Assembly: GCA_024704765.1 (NCBI GenBank)
Contig: JAKMXF010000022.1
Span: 511,055 to 575,054 of the forward strand
DNA from: Oopsacas minuta
Lineage: Eukaryota > Animalia > Porifera
DNA: 64,000 bases
Direction of reading: 5' to 3'
Part shown: positions 1-11,351 of the stretch, one piece after another
How positions within the stretch are numbered: position 1 is the first letter of the stretch
Layout of the letters: each line of letters opens with the position of its first letter
Program-made: the position numbers and the translations under genes
Notes under the pieces: generated by a model
The model's input: only the letters and a program-made list of their open reading frames with translations
What the model was told of the DNA's origin: nothing
Database searches by the model: none

Positions 1-938
1 GCATCTTCAAAGTTTCCTGATATAGTCAATGCCTTAAACCATTCAAACTCTGGATCTGGATAACCATATGCATTGCAATTGAGAACGATACTCTCTCCCT
101 CAGTAACATTTCTAGATTCTGGAAAACTGTATATAGTTGCAGCTACGTGTTCTTCAACTAGAATCTCATTTGATACTTTGAACTTAGATTCACCATTAAT
201 ACTACAGAAAGAAAGAATACGGAATTGAATATTATCGCCAAGAGACAATCCACTTAGTGTATATGAATAAGATCCAGCTTTTTCATCTATAATGTTGAGA
301 ACCCGCTGTTCGAGATAAAGCCATTCGAGAGAGTTAGGTCCCTCTGATGAACTGCTCCAAAATCTGTAGGATATGTTGAAAAAGGTAAGGCAGTGTGGAC
401 CGTTGTGTGGGAACACTTCCCAGTTCAATATAACATCCCCTTGAGTTGGAGAAGACAGATCAAATGCAGACGGTTTAGGAGGCGATTTCTTTATATTCGC
501 ATCGTCAATAGGGGTTTGTGTTGAAGGATCAGTAGTATATACGTAAGTAGTGGATGCAGTATCAACAACAGTCACCAATGTAAAAGAGTTTCCTAAGGTA
601 CCTGGTAGTACGCAAGTAACGAGATAAGCTCCAGTAGCATTAAAAAATCCTGTCAACGTGGAGTTCTTCCATTCAGAATCGCCCTTAGATGGGCCTTGTG
701 TATTGGTTATATTGAAATTTTCGTTTGTATCGCTAATTATTGAATCTTGACTATAGATTTTGTAGTTCCATATGAAATCCACGTCTACATCTGTAAGAAT
801 TTTAAAGCTTAGACTGAATGGCTCATTAATCAATACTTCAAGAGTTCTCTCAGGAAAAATTTTTTCAGATCGTACAATGTCAAAAAGTGAAAACAGCTGA
901 AGCAATACAACCAAGAAGAAAGGTGGGATCAATTTCAT
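1..938 (-). CDS. Secreted/cell-surface Ig-like + FN3 protein, 5' part; ORF runs off the left edge
   Basis: Not in the ORF track because there is no stop in the window. Open frame from ATG 938: MKLIPPFFLVVLLQLFSLFDIVRS (signal peptide), Ig-like segment (FIWNY...YLVTC), FN3-like segment (VILNWEV...YTLSGLSLGDNIQFRI), then an I-set start (SRNVTEGESIVLNCNAYGYPDPEFEWFK). Confidence 0.8.
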   Translation of the reverse strand, partial: MKLIPPFFLVVLLQLFSLFDIVRSEKIFPERTLEVLINEPFSLSFKILTDVDVDFIWNYKIYSQDSIISDTNENFNITNTQGPSKGDSEWKNSTLTGFFNATGAYLVTCVLPGTLGNSFTLVTVVDTASTTYVYTTDPSTQTPIDDANIKKSPPKPSAFDLSSPTQGDVILNWEVFPHNGPHCLTFFNISYRFWSSSSEGPNSLEWLYLEQRVLNIIDEKAGSYSYTLSGLSLGDNIQFRILSFCSINGESKFKVSNEILVEEHVAATIYSFPESRNVTEGESIVLNCNAYGYPDPEFEWFKALTISGNFED

Positions 939-1911
939 TTCAAGTTGGTTGATAAGTTCAGCTAAATTCAATACAACAAAAGATTACTACTGTCTGAATT
1001 AACAGTTTAATGTATTTATCATAATTTGTAGCAATTCTAGTACGCATATGACAGATTGAAGGCTGAATCAGTGTATTACAATTTTACGTCAATTTAATTG
1101 CTACGGGTTGAGAATCCTGATATTACCATAGCTCGCATGTTAATCGACAAACTGCCTCTTCGGCTGCGGGTGTATCAATAAACTGGCTTCATTTGCCAAT
1201 TAAACTCTCTCTATTTATTATGTATTGACACGCAACTAAGGATGCTTATAGAAGAGATGGCAACAAAGTTGAACAGCGAACTTTTCTAATCTATTCAAGA
1301 TAATATAAAGTTAAGTGGTTTCTAACCACAAATACCAATTAATTGTTCCAGTTGCTAGATAAGATAATATTTTACCTTCCCAGATTATTTATCTGTAAAG
1401 AATTATATGTGAACGTTTTCGTTTGTGTATGAATATACTTGGAGTACTCCAATGAGAAAAGATAGTGTATACCGGTTATAACACACCATGTAAAGGAAAC
1501 ATTCAATTCCTGTTATAACGAACTCGGATAAAACGAAATGCCCGATTATATCAAATCATCGAAATAAGTAAATTATTGTTATCCACCCTTTCTCTTGAAC
1601 TCAGGTCATATAAGTCATGTGAGAGTAATTTTGTGGTGAAAATTTCATCATTTATATTCAATTCATATTCAACTGAATTTAAATAATATGTGACAAAATA
1701 CTGATGGTCAAAAAATTGTCAAAACAATATAAAGATGATATGTTAAATTACAACATGAAGCGTATATTATAAGAATTCAGAATTGACCAGAAACCTGTCA
1801 TTACAAACAACTCAACTGCTAGACAATGACAAGGATTGTAGACTCATAGAAGAGTGGATCAATTTATTAATACAGTAGCACTAGTAGCCGCCGGATGCTA
1901 GCCCGGTATTC

Positions 1912-2388
1912 TCACGAGGAGCTAGTCGGTAGATAAGAAACCATATATAGTATACTAACCTGTAGCTCATCCTTTCGTCTAAGTAACTGGTCCATAACAA
2001 AGAATCTGTTCAACTTAGAAGCATAGTGCAGCACATACATACCTGATTCGTCAGGTTTCTGCAGGAGTTGACTGAATGTTAGCTTATGTTCTCTCCAATA
2101 ATTCATTATGATATTCATGAAATCGCTTTGAGACCAATCTCTAACTGCTTGGAAGAGAGTAGTGGAGTCTAGTTCAGTAGGCACGACTGGAGGATCCAGT
2201 GCGGATTGAGAATGTATATCTTTCTGTTTTGGTTCCATATTTGAAAAGTAGTTAACAAGGGAATCAACTTTTCTAAGTGATTCTATGAATACTGCGCTAT
2301 CTATAGATGTAACTTGTATGCTAGAGTAAGTACTAGTAGATGACCTGCTTTCAGACAGTTCTACATTATCAACTGGTACAACCTGCAT
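1912..2388 (-). CDS. Orphan ankyrin-repeat exon / gene fragment
   Basis: One ankyrin-like motif (DESGMYVLHYASKLNRFFVMDQLL) followed by a good donor CAG|GTTAGT at 1960/1959. Possible tiny downstream exons are 1392-1376 (17 nt) and 1290-1236. No further ankyrin repeats follow. Confidence 0.4.
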   Translation of the reverse strand: MQVVPVDNVELSESRSSTSTYSSIQVTSIDSAVFIESLRKVDSLVNYFSNMEPKQKDIHSQSALDPPVVPTELDSTTLFQAVRDWSQSDFMNIIMNYWREHKLTFSQLLQKPDESGMYVLHYASKLNRFFVMDQLLRRKDELQVSILYMVSYLPTSSS

Positions 2389-4015
2389 GCTGGCTAGCGT
2401 ACGAGATATAAACCACTAGTCCTGAGTACATTAAACTAGTGTTAACTCCGACATATAGCAGTGGTCGGCGACTTGATTTAGGAGACACATTCACAAATTT
2501 AATATGTAATGACTAATGAGGGCCACACCTTAATCAATAGACAATATATCTTAGGAATTTCCATAATTAAAAGTCAAATTGTCATACTGCACACACAATG
2601 GCTTACGGCGCCACTGCCAACCACTAACCTAGTAAGATATTATAATATTTTTAGACATTTTGTTGGAGAAATATTTATGAATAAATAAATAATGTATATC
2701 CATACACTATTGAGAATAATAGACATTTTTATGATAAATAAATAAATAAATCAGGGTTTTTTGGGTGTGCCAACTTCTATCCTGGGGGGCTGTTTTCACC
2801 GAGTGTTTTTAAGAAATGGATAACTTCTATGGAGAGCGCCTCCTCCCCCACTTCGTTTTTTGGCAAAGCAAAACCGCACAAATGCAATTATATAGGAAAG
2901 CCTTTAATGTTCTGATAAAAGCTGATACATTTGATGAATTGACAAAATTATTTTATATCTTAGATAGGGAATGAACTGCTCTCTGGAATTTAAACCTTAT
3001 AAATAGCACAAACTGTGATTCAAATTAGGGGATTATAATTCTTAACAAATTTAATAGAGATTATAAGTTTTCAAAGATTAACCTTGGGGAACTGTAGAAA
3101 GGTAATTACAAATACTAATTTCTGGGGAATCTGCTTAGTAAATAATTCGATTGTAATCAGATCGATTTTGACATCAAGCTAATTAATAATTTAAAGAATT
3201 AGAGCTCTTAGTGCTGAATAAAGTGAATAGAATCCCAACCACCAATTAACGGATTAAGAATGCAGCAGTACGGCTTGTTTGATAAGAGCAAATTTAACAC
3301 ATTATGATAAAGAAATCAGGTTTCTCAATGTGCCATAACGACTAGATACGATTATTCTATTCAAATAGTATTCTATGGGTTTAGGAGTCATGATGAGACT
3401 TAGTGTAATGTCTAGATTCCTTAGTACCTCTAGAATCAGTGTCAGAATCAGCACAAACTCGTCATCAATGAATAATTAATTATTTATCAGTGATGTCTAC
3501 CATATGGGACATATTGTTGTCTCATTAGTAATCATAAATTATCAAAAGAGATCTGACACAAAGTATATGTGTAAAACCAAAATTAACTGTATTCTAGGAA
3601 GCTAACCGAATAGGGCGGGGAAATGTGTGATTTTATGACGTCAAAAAGGTGCTAAAATTTCGTTTTGGGTGCCGGAATTTGTTAAAACGAAGAAGTAAAC
3701 TTTTAGTTTTTCTTCTCATAATGAACGTATAACTACAGCCGTAATCGGTTATGACTGATAGAATTGTATTTAGAGAATGGTAAGGAAAATAATATTTGTT
3801 ATTGGGATATACAGGAGATATGATAGGGATAGAGAATTAGAGGTAGGGATCCACCGAAAAAATGGCAATAATTATTCGATCGTATGTTGCAATGTATAAC
3901 CACGTTACTTATGGTTATATATTATGTTTTAAGTTTTTCTGAAGAATAAATTTAATTTATTAAGCGGAAAAATCGATTTTCCTAAACATTTAATGAAGAT
4001 CCTGAATGCCTATTC

Positions 4016-4017
<2 letters not shown>

Positions 4018-4055
<38 letters not shown>

Positions 4056-4056
4056 G
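4018..4056. repeat. (TTG)13 microsatellite
   Basis: Perfect trinucleotide run read directly from the sequence. Confidence 0.95.
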
Positions 4057-4478
4057 CATAAGTTTGTTAAAAAATTATGCGATTTCGCGAATGGTTAAAA
4101 CGATAGGTTATGATAAATTTCAACAAGAGTAATGATTGGCAAAATTCAAGAAATTCTACAGATTCCACCTAATTGCAACGATTTGTAAAAATAACCCATC
4201 ATTAAACTTAACTAACGACAGAATGACCATATGTGAATGCAGATAATAATCAAATATTAATTAACCATTTTCTTACAATTACAAGTCTATTATTTCTATT
4301 TGAATGCGAATAAGAAAAGGGAAATGGACAGAAGTAGTTATTTGGGAAAATTTTGTGAAGAGTAACTGCTATCAGGTAGACATAAAATTCTGAAATATTG
4401 CCTAGACAAATAGCTTGGTATTTAGCTATCAGTAAATTTACAAATTATATAGAAATATTTTTTGACACTTAAGAATTA

Positions 4479-6954
4479 TTATTTAGTATGTTTAGAAACA
4501 GGCCTGGGTTTGAGAAAACTGAACTCAGTCTCTGTAGAAAAATATCTACCAGTCTCTCCTTGCTTCTTTTCCGCGGAATTAGGATTATAGATCTCAATAC
4601 CTTGAATAGGAGTGAATGCTATTGATGACGTAGTACCAGACACTTGTCTTACAGTTGATCTCCCTCCTGAGTATATCTGTTGCTGTCTCTGAATCTCTTT
4701 TTGTAGTTTCTTAGAAATGGTAATCTACATACAGAATATGATAACAGAAGCTAGTAGCGTATTTCTAAGGGGCTATAAACCTCAATTATTGCAAGGCAGT
4801 GTTAGCAAACTGTGAAAGTGTGTTACATTGCATAGGGCACCCTTTTTCACCTATGTACTCCCGATACCAATTTTAACAAATTCTGTGAACTCCTCCCATA
4901 GACTGCATTGAGATCATGCGGACCACCAAGGACGACACCCAAGTTGACAACCCCTGGCGTAGGGGATGAGAGAGAGGTCAAGATTAAATACGATAAACAT
5001 TATTTTATTATAGAAAAGAGCATATTTACCTGATTTCTTGAAGTTACAGCTGGACCTCTCACTCTACCTGTGTTCTCCTTCCGTCCTAGAGTTCCCACCC
5101 CAAATCCTAAATCAGTTTGATAAACATCTTCCTCAATCTGTCCAAACACAATCCGGTTACTCTGTTTCCTAACTTCAGTCAGAGCGTGTTTCTCCTTCAA
5201 GCGGCGAATTCGTTTCCCTCCTCTCTTCTTTCTGGGAGCATCGTCTGGTTTAGGGAGAGGCTTAATGTTCTTAACTGGAGCAGGCTCTTGGAGTTTATCA
5301 ATTTTCTTTCTAACTTCAGCTAGAATACCCTGACCTTCTTCTCCAGTGGGACTACCAAAATAAGAAATTCAATAAAACTACAATCCATACTTTAATTCGT
5401 GCATAAATACGTAAAAGAAAAGTACATACAGTAAATGCAAAATACGATAAATAGTAAGAGAATGTGTAGATTTACTAAGCGAAATAGTTAAAAGCTCACA
5501 CACTTTGCAATACATATTTAAAATTAGAACATGACTCATATAAATTACAGAATACGAAATACTTTTAATATGAGTTTGCAATAAGCTAATGAGTAATGGT
5601 TTATACTTTCATTATTATTAGTACATTATTATTAGTACATACCAGGCGTGAAAAGTGTCCAGTCTAGCTGCAATAGTGCACTTAGCTGCTATTATTCTAA
5701 CAGCCTTCATTTTGACGTCATCTGACACGCTCTGCACTAACTCAGAGAAATACAGGAATCCAGAGTGAGGTAGTACTGAAGTTACTGAGAACCCAGCTAA
5801 CACCTTTTTCTGTGCTCCCAGTAGCTGAACATTACAAGCTGGCATCTTAGCCAGAGGGTGCAGTCCTCCAGCCACACCCACTAGCTTAGCTGCTATAGAC
5901 GGACCTGTAGAGACGAGAGAGCATTATAATAATAATAAGGAAAATTGTCCAATCGATAATAAGGTATAAAGTAGACTATATTTTAAAGGAACTGATATCA
6001 TATCGGTAGATTTCAGGGAGTTAATTGAAATTATGGTGATCATGAACTCCCATAAATATTCTACAAAATTCAAGCGCGTACTAACATATTATCTCGAATA
6101 GTAGTTGAGCGTTCTTTTTAGATCCTGTGTGCTACTATTCGAGTAAATAATATATCCATAATTATTATGAATATTTGGTTAAACCCTACAATAAATAAAC
6201 TGCTTCTCACCAATAATAGAGGACAAATTAGGAGCAATAAGATTCATATAGGACTCTACAAACTCTAGAATCAGTCTGTATGAGTCTGTCAGCTCCTCAG
6301 CAGTAGCACACGCTTCTAATACATTGTCTAGCTCAGAATCTGATAGAGGTTTCCCCTGTGTAGTGGAAGCAGCTACACTTACAATCATGATGGTAGCTGG
6401 AGCTAGTATTTCTGAGAGATCAGTCTTCGTAACTTCAAGATGATTCCGTAATCTCTCTACAGTCCTCATGTAGTCAATAGATTTGTGTACTAGTTGTTCT
6501 AACTCTGGGAATCTCAACGAGTAGAGATCTCTTACCAGTCTGTGTACCATGTTAATCTAAGAGACATTAATTCAAAATCATTCCAGTATATAAATCTAAC
6601 AAACATTACTTCGTTATCAATCTCCACTAGAATTGCATTACAGTCCACAATCAGTTTGTACTGGGGACTATCAGATGATAGTCCACCTGAACTAGCTAGT
6701 ATATCTTCTACTGTTCTCTCTTGATTCATATACTGATGCTCTATGCTAGAGAGGATTAGCTTCAAACGGTCTGAATGCGCTACACGAGCTATGTATTGAA
6801 CTGTATTACTCTTGTCTTTCTGTCCGAATTGTAACTGTAAGTCCTTTAGCGTTGATTCATTCTCATTGAGAGGGGTGATATCATTATCAGGTAACTCACT
6901 TGGTGATAACTCGTCTTCATCTAAATCATTCAGAAGTTCTTCTGCTAGAGACAT
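4479..6954 (-). CDS. PRPF31: U4/U6 snRNP protein Prp31; exons 6954-6610, 6556-6211, 5904-5643, 5351-5030, 4724-4479
   Basis: MSLAEELL start, Nop domain (RFPELE...APNLS, KMPACN, AAKCTIAARLD), RKKRGGKR NLS, FGQIEED and SSIAFTPIQGIEI motifs. All four introns are GT-AG and keep the frame. Confidence 0.96.
4797..4956. mobile_element. Degenerate hAT-like MITE in PRPF31 intron 4
   Basis: Imperfect termini CAGTGTTAGCAAACT / CAGGGGTTGTCAACT (reverse complement); no clear TSD. Confidence 0.3.
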
Positions 6955-7045
6955 GCTGAGATTTTAGAATAATATAACTTTATATTCTCTTAATAAATTT
7001 CAGGGATCGTTCAAGTCCAGAATCCGGCAATAACCGATACTCTTA

Positions 7046-7216
7046 CAGTCAACTCTCGTTATATCGAAGTTTAAGGCTGCGATAATAGTTCGATATGACC
7101 GAAGAAATTTTTGTAACTTTGACGGTTTGGGAAATATTGTACAATTCCAATTCCATCGATATACGTATGTTGATATTTTGATATATCCGCGTTCGATGTA
7201 ACGGGGGAGTTAACCA
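7046..7216. mobile_element. Tc1/mariner (pogo/Tigger-like) MITE
   Basis: TA-flanked; TIRs CAGTCAACTCTCGTTATATCGAA / TTCGATGTAACGGGGGAGTTAACCA. The internal CTTTGACGGTTTGGGA is shared with 48957-49124. Confidence 0.7.
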
Positions 7217-7522
7217 TAATTAGCCAGGGTTAAAGCTCTTTAGAATACAATGGATTTGGACATTCTTGACTTCGATTTACTAAACACAATTTTAACAATG
7301 AAATTCAACGATCAGCCTCATAAAGATTCTAACAAGTACAAGTGTGGTTATCCCTATAAATGCTGCGCCCTATGAAATGGCATAACACCATTCCTGTGGA
7401 TCTAAGAAGTACATACATTTAATAGTTTAAATATTGGGTATAAAACCGTTTATAAATAATACAATAGATACAAATAGCCTGTACAATAACAAGTGTTCGG
7501 GTTGCTAAGACCAGATAAGTTA

Positions 7523-8170
7523 TCAAACTTGTTCTAACGGTTGTACTTTCTCTAAAACTGTGTTTAGTTTAGATTTGAAATCATTTCTTTGTTCAGTAAC
7601 ATCCAAAAGATTAGCAGAGATATAATTAGCTTCTAACCAGCTGTTTTTCTCATCACAAACCTTGGTTATACGAGTCTTTTCTTCTTTAGAAAGCTTCCCA
7701 GTGAAATTCTCAGGTGTGAGCACTATGCTACGTGCATAACTTATCTCATCTCTAAATTTTTGTTGAAAAGCTAGAAATTTGAAGAACTTGAGAACTTCTT
7801 CCTGGCCATATCGTTGTGCTATATCTTCTGCAGTTTCTCCATACACAGTCTTAGCCTTAAGGTTAGCTCCCAATCTTACCAGTGCTCTCATAGCAGGCAC
7901 TACTCCCCAACAAGCAGCCATGTGTGCTGCAGTATACCCTGTAGTACTACAGCTAGTGACGTCAGTCCCAGCAGTGACAAGTAAATCAATGAACTGAGCG
8001 CGACCAGGGATGAGACATGCAGCCTTGAGAGGTTCCACAAGATATCTACTGTTCTTAAGTAAAGTGACATAAGCATTATCTTGAGACTCTTGTGTCAATA
8101 GGAGAGATAGATCTTCAAGTTTATTGTCTTCTATCAACTTCACTAACTCATCAATTAATTCTTCAGACAT
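7523..8170 (-). CDS. ANKRD45: Ankyrin repeat domain protein 45-like, single exon
   Basis: Two ankyrin repeats (GYTAAHMAACWG; GETAEDIAQRY) plus a C-terminal helical region (GKLSKEEKTRITKVCDEKNSWLE) resembling ANKRD45. Confidence 0.75.
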   Translation of the reverse strand: MSEELIDELVKLIEDNKLEDLSLLLTQESQDNAYVTLLKNSRYLVEPLKAACLIPGRAQFIDLLVTAGTDVTSCSTTGYTAAHMAACWGVVPAMRALVRLGANLKAKTVYGETAEDIAQRYGQEEVLKFFKFLAFQQKFRDEISYARSIVLTPENFTGKLSKEEKTRITKVCDEKNSWLEANYISANLLDVTEQRNDFKSKLNTVLEKVQPLEQV

Positions 8171-8361
8171 TCTATTCTAAGCAATAGATATAAATTTGTA
8201 CTAACAATTTGATACACAAAGTTTGCATTATTCCAGGCTATTCAGATAAATACTACTATGTAGCTATATACGAACATTAATTGAAGTTTCAAACAATAGC
8301 TAAACGAAATATTGTAATTATAATATAAACTAATGATAATAACGTGAAGGGTCTGTGTAAA

Positions 8362-10620
8362 CTATTTCTCGATGAATTCATTTCTAAACTTAACAAAGTT
8401 ACAATTGAGTAGACTACTCTCTTTTCTGAGTTTCGCTGCATCTTGTTTCAGGACTTCAAGTGCATTTCTCTCTTCATCTAACTCAAATGATTTCTGTTTC
8501 AGTTTAACTACTCCTCCATCAAATTCTCTCAAAAGTCCCTGGATCAATTGATCCAAATCTCTCCTGAATAGGGCACTACAGCCTGACACAAGAGATGGTT
8601 GAATATTGTGTAATTCTCTTTCCAGCCGACTGACTAACTGAGCTCTTAACAATCCTAGTTTCGCTTCTTCATTGAATAATGACCAATCGGCTAAGCCTAG
8701 TGTTGCTAAACCTCCTCCGCTAACAAGGATAAATTTCCAACTAGTCACCTTCTGTACAAGAAAAGTTATAGATAAAGCAGTTGCTATAGTAACGGCAGGA
8801 ATGCTGAGAGGCCCTCTGTATATCATTGAAGAAAATCCTGCAGGGAGGGTTCTAACGACAGAAGAGCATATGGAGAATAAACCAATCCTATTCAAGAAAG
8901 GGGCGAGTCGAACAGGACTTAAAATAAAATGGTATTCCAAGTCAGGTTTGAAATCTTGTAAAAGGTGAGCACAGTCTGGACGCATTTCTGTTTTGAAATT
9001 TACAAATTGCGCGTTTTGCACTGATTCCTGTCCCAGCAAGTCCATAGACATTCTCCTGTCTATAGGAGCGATGATTTTACTGGTGATGTCATGAGTAACT
9101 TTATGGAAAAACTCAGTAAGCTGAGTGGAAGACTCATTGTTGAGTTTCTGAGTCAGCTGATTATCAATGAAGTCAATGAGACCAGTTTGGAAATGTTCAG
9201 CTTGTTCTGAAGAGAAATTTTGTTCAAACCTGTCTGCCAGCTGAGATAAACTGAGGCGTTCTCTGCGGCAGATATCACATACAATATTCCTCGCCTGAAT
9301 TAGAAGAGGACCGGCCTCTCCTTCTTGCACCTGTATCAGTTCCAATCTTCTCTCCTCCATTAGGCGTAAACTTTCGCGACATTCTGTTTGATCTCTCAGG
9401 AGAGCTTTGAGATGGTCTTCAGCTTGTTGCTCAATTTCCCGCATCAGCTGTTCCAAACTATCCACAACCTCTACTCCCTTTTGAATGTGTTTTGAGAACT
9501 TTGTCCTAACAGCTGAAGTACTCAAACATTCCAGAAGTTTCAATTCGAAACGTTCAAACTCAAATTTCCTCTCCACAGCCAGATTATCTACACTTGATAT
9601 CTGTTTAACCGAAGTTCTCCTCTCTACTGCTTCTTTCCCAGACACAAAATAAATTCTCTCTTTAGCAGTAAATAAATCAACTGATTTCAGTTCCTTAACT
9701 AAGAATTCCTGACATCTTTCTATATGTTGATGACGTATCTTAGCAGCTTCTTTAGTAGCAGCTGGCATATCCCATCTATTGTTAAGAACGAATATATTAG
9801 GAGAACTGAGTCTCTCAGCTACTGTAGAGAAGAATCTCTTCTCTGCTCGCATCAATGTAGATTCAGAATTAGCTACTAGTACGAACACATCAGCATCAAG
9901 ACAGTGCTTATCAATCCAATCATCTGTATAGTCATCTATGTCAATTCCAGGACTGTCAACAAGTTCTACGTCATATCTAAGCAGCTCACAATGCTCTTTC
10001 GGCCAGTGTACCCTCACTATACTTCCTGCATCTAGTTTGTCATCTTGTAAGGCATTAACCAGCTGATCTACTGAGGTAAGAGGGAGTTTCTCGCCCTTGT
10101 CACTTGGACCAACCAACTCCATATACCCCTCTCTCTCCTCTGACCCCACTACACTACAGAAACAGCATGTGGTATGTCCAAATCCGCTCGGTAACACTTG
10201 TTCACGTAGCATCGCGTTGATACACGTGCTCTTGCCGTTACTAGTACGTCCGAAAAATACAATCTTCATTTGTCTTCGTGAAATAATATCTTTTATTCCT
10301 GCAGCTTGTGATACCCATTCACTCACAACTTTAGTGTTATCATCCACCAGCTGTATCAACAAGTCTCCTTTGATTTTAGGGTGTCGTCTCTGAGTAGAGA
10401 GGAAGTGCTCTGACTGTTTGAGTGAGTCTATGAGAGTTGAAAATATGTTTAAAGCTTTAGACTTAACTTGAGCAAATCTCTCAAGAGGTCTAGCTTCATG
10501 CAAAGAAGGTAGCATGTGTTCATGAATAGTTATAGATTTTGTGAGAGGGAACACGCCACCCTTGGTTGATGTGGGGCTAGAAAGTGGCAGGGACTGGTCC
10601 AGGAGGTCCATTGAGGCCAT
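8362..10620 (-). CDS. MFN: Mitofusin (Fzo/Marf) dynamin-like GTPase, single exon, ATG at 10620
   Basis: G1 motif FFGRTSNGKSTCINAML, LPSGFGHTTCCF, LVDSPGID, FILNNRWD-type G4 (FVLNNRWD), hydrophobic membrane region and C-terminal coiled coil. Confidence 0.95.
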   Translation of the reverse strand: MASMDLLDQSLPLSSPTSTKGGVFPLTKSITIHEHMLPSLHEARPLERFAQVKSKALNIFSTLIDSLKQSEHFLSTQRRHPKIKGDLLIQLVDDNTKVVSEWVSQAAGIKDIISRRQMKIVFFGRTSNGKSTCINAMLREQVLPSGFGHTTCCFCSVVGSEEREGYMELVGPSDKGEKLPLTSVDQLVNALQDDKLDAGSIVRVHWPKEHCELLRYDVELVDSPGIDIDDYTDDWIDKHCLDADVFVLVANSESTLMRAEKRFFSTVAERLSSPNIFVLNNRWDMPAATKEAAKIRHQHIERCQEFLVKELKSVDLFTAKERIYFVSGKEAVERRTSVKQISSVDNLAVERKFEFERFELKLLECLSTSAVRTKFSKHIQKGVEVVDSLEQLMREIEQQAEDHLKALLRDQTECRESLRLMEERRLELIQVQEGEAGPLLIQARNIVCDICRRERLSLSQLADRFEQNFSSEQAEHFQTGLIDFIDNQLTQKLNNESSTQLTEFFHKVTHDITSKIIAPIDRRMSMDLLGQESVQNAQFVNFKTEMRPDCAHLLQDFKPDLEYHFILSPVRLAPFLNRIGLFSICSSVVRTLPAGFSSMIYRGPLSIPAVTIATALSITFLVQKVTSWKFILVSGGGLATLGLADWSLFNEEAKLGLLRAQLVSRLERELHNIQPSLVSGCSALFRRDLDQLIQGLLREFDGGVVKLKQKSFELDEERNALEVLKQDAAKLRKESSLLNCNFVKFRNEFIEK

Positions 10621-11351
10621 AAGATAAAATGCTAAAGTAAACTTCAAAGTAGAAACAGTAGACAGATAAATTGTCTGAATATATTATTACTTGTATTTAC
10701 GTATGATTAGTACAAACAAAATCATCATAGTGGTAGAGATCTAGGCTTAAACAGATCTGAGCTTACACAGGACGATACATGACGGGAAAATAGATGACTT
10801 GAAATTCATTGTAGAGACAATTAGTGACAAGACAATTATTCGTGTCAGGACAATTGGTTGCAAGTAATATTTGCTTAAATAATATCTACGCAACGGAACA
10901 TACTCCTATATTAGAGATGCGATAGAGCTCCACATCTGCATCTGTGGAAAGGGAAATCTCATTGAAGTCCAATCCCTCATTCAAAAATCAATCAAATTCA
11001 TATTCACCCATTACAGTATTTAGTTTTCTAACAAATTCGAAAGTACATATAAATAAGATGAGTATGTCCTATAATTATTACGATTTCTTAGTTGAATAAT
11101 AGAGAAATGCCACGTAATGGGGAAGACACCGTTTAAGAGTTAAATTGGAGAAATGGCAAACTTTCTCCAATACCTCATCACTTGTATCTACTCTGTATCC
11201 TATATCATATGATAAAATTAATCATGGCAAATATCAATTATAATAATTTATAAGATTGAATTTAATTGTATTCTATAAACTTACGAAGAAATGTTGTTTT
11301 TAGTTTTATTGAAATAGTAAAGCAGAACAGCTTCATAGTAGAAGATTTAAA

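Noticed and set aside
2750-3900. Possible transposon ends or box C/D snoRNA in the 2.7-3.9 kb spacer
   Set aside because: Only isolated motifs; I could not find paired TIRs, a TSD or a well-spaced C/D pair.
10895-11070. Minus-strand reading with an in-frame TGA (…MGEYEFD*FLNEGLDF…) as a selenoprotein or readthrough ORF
   Set aside because: Short, with no recognisable family, no redox motif and no SECIS seen.
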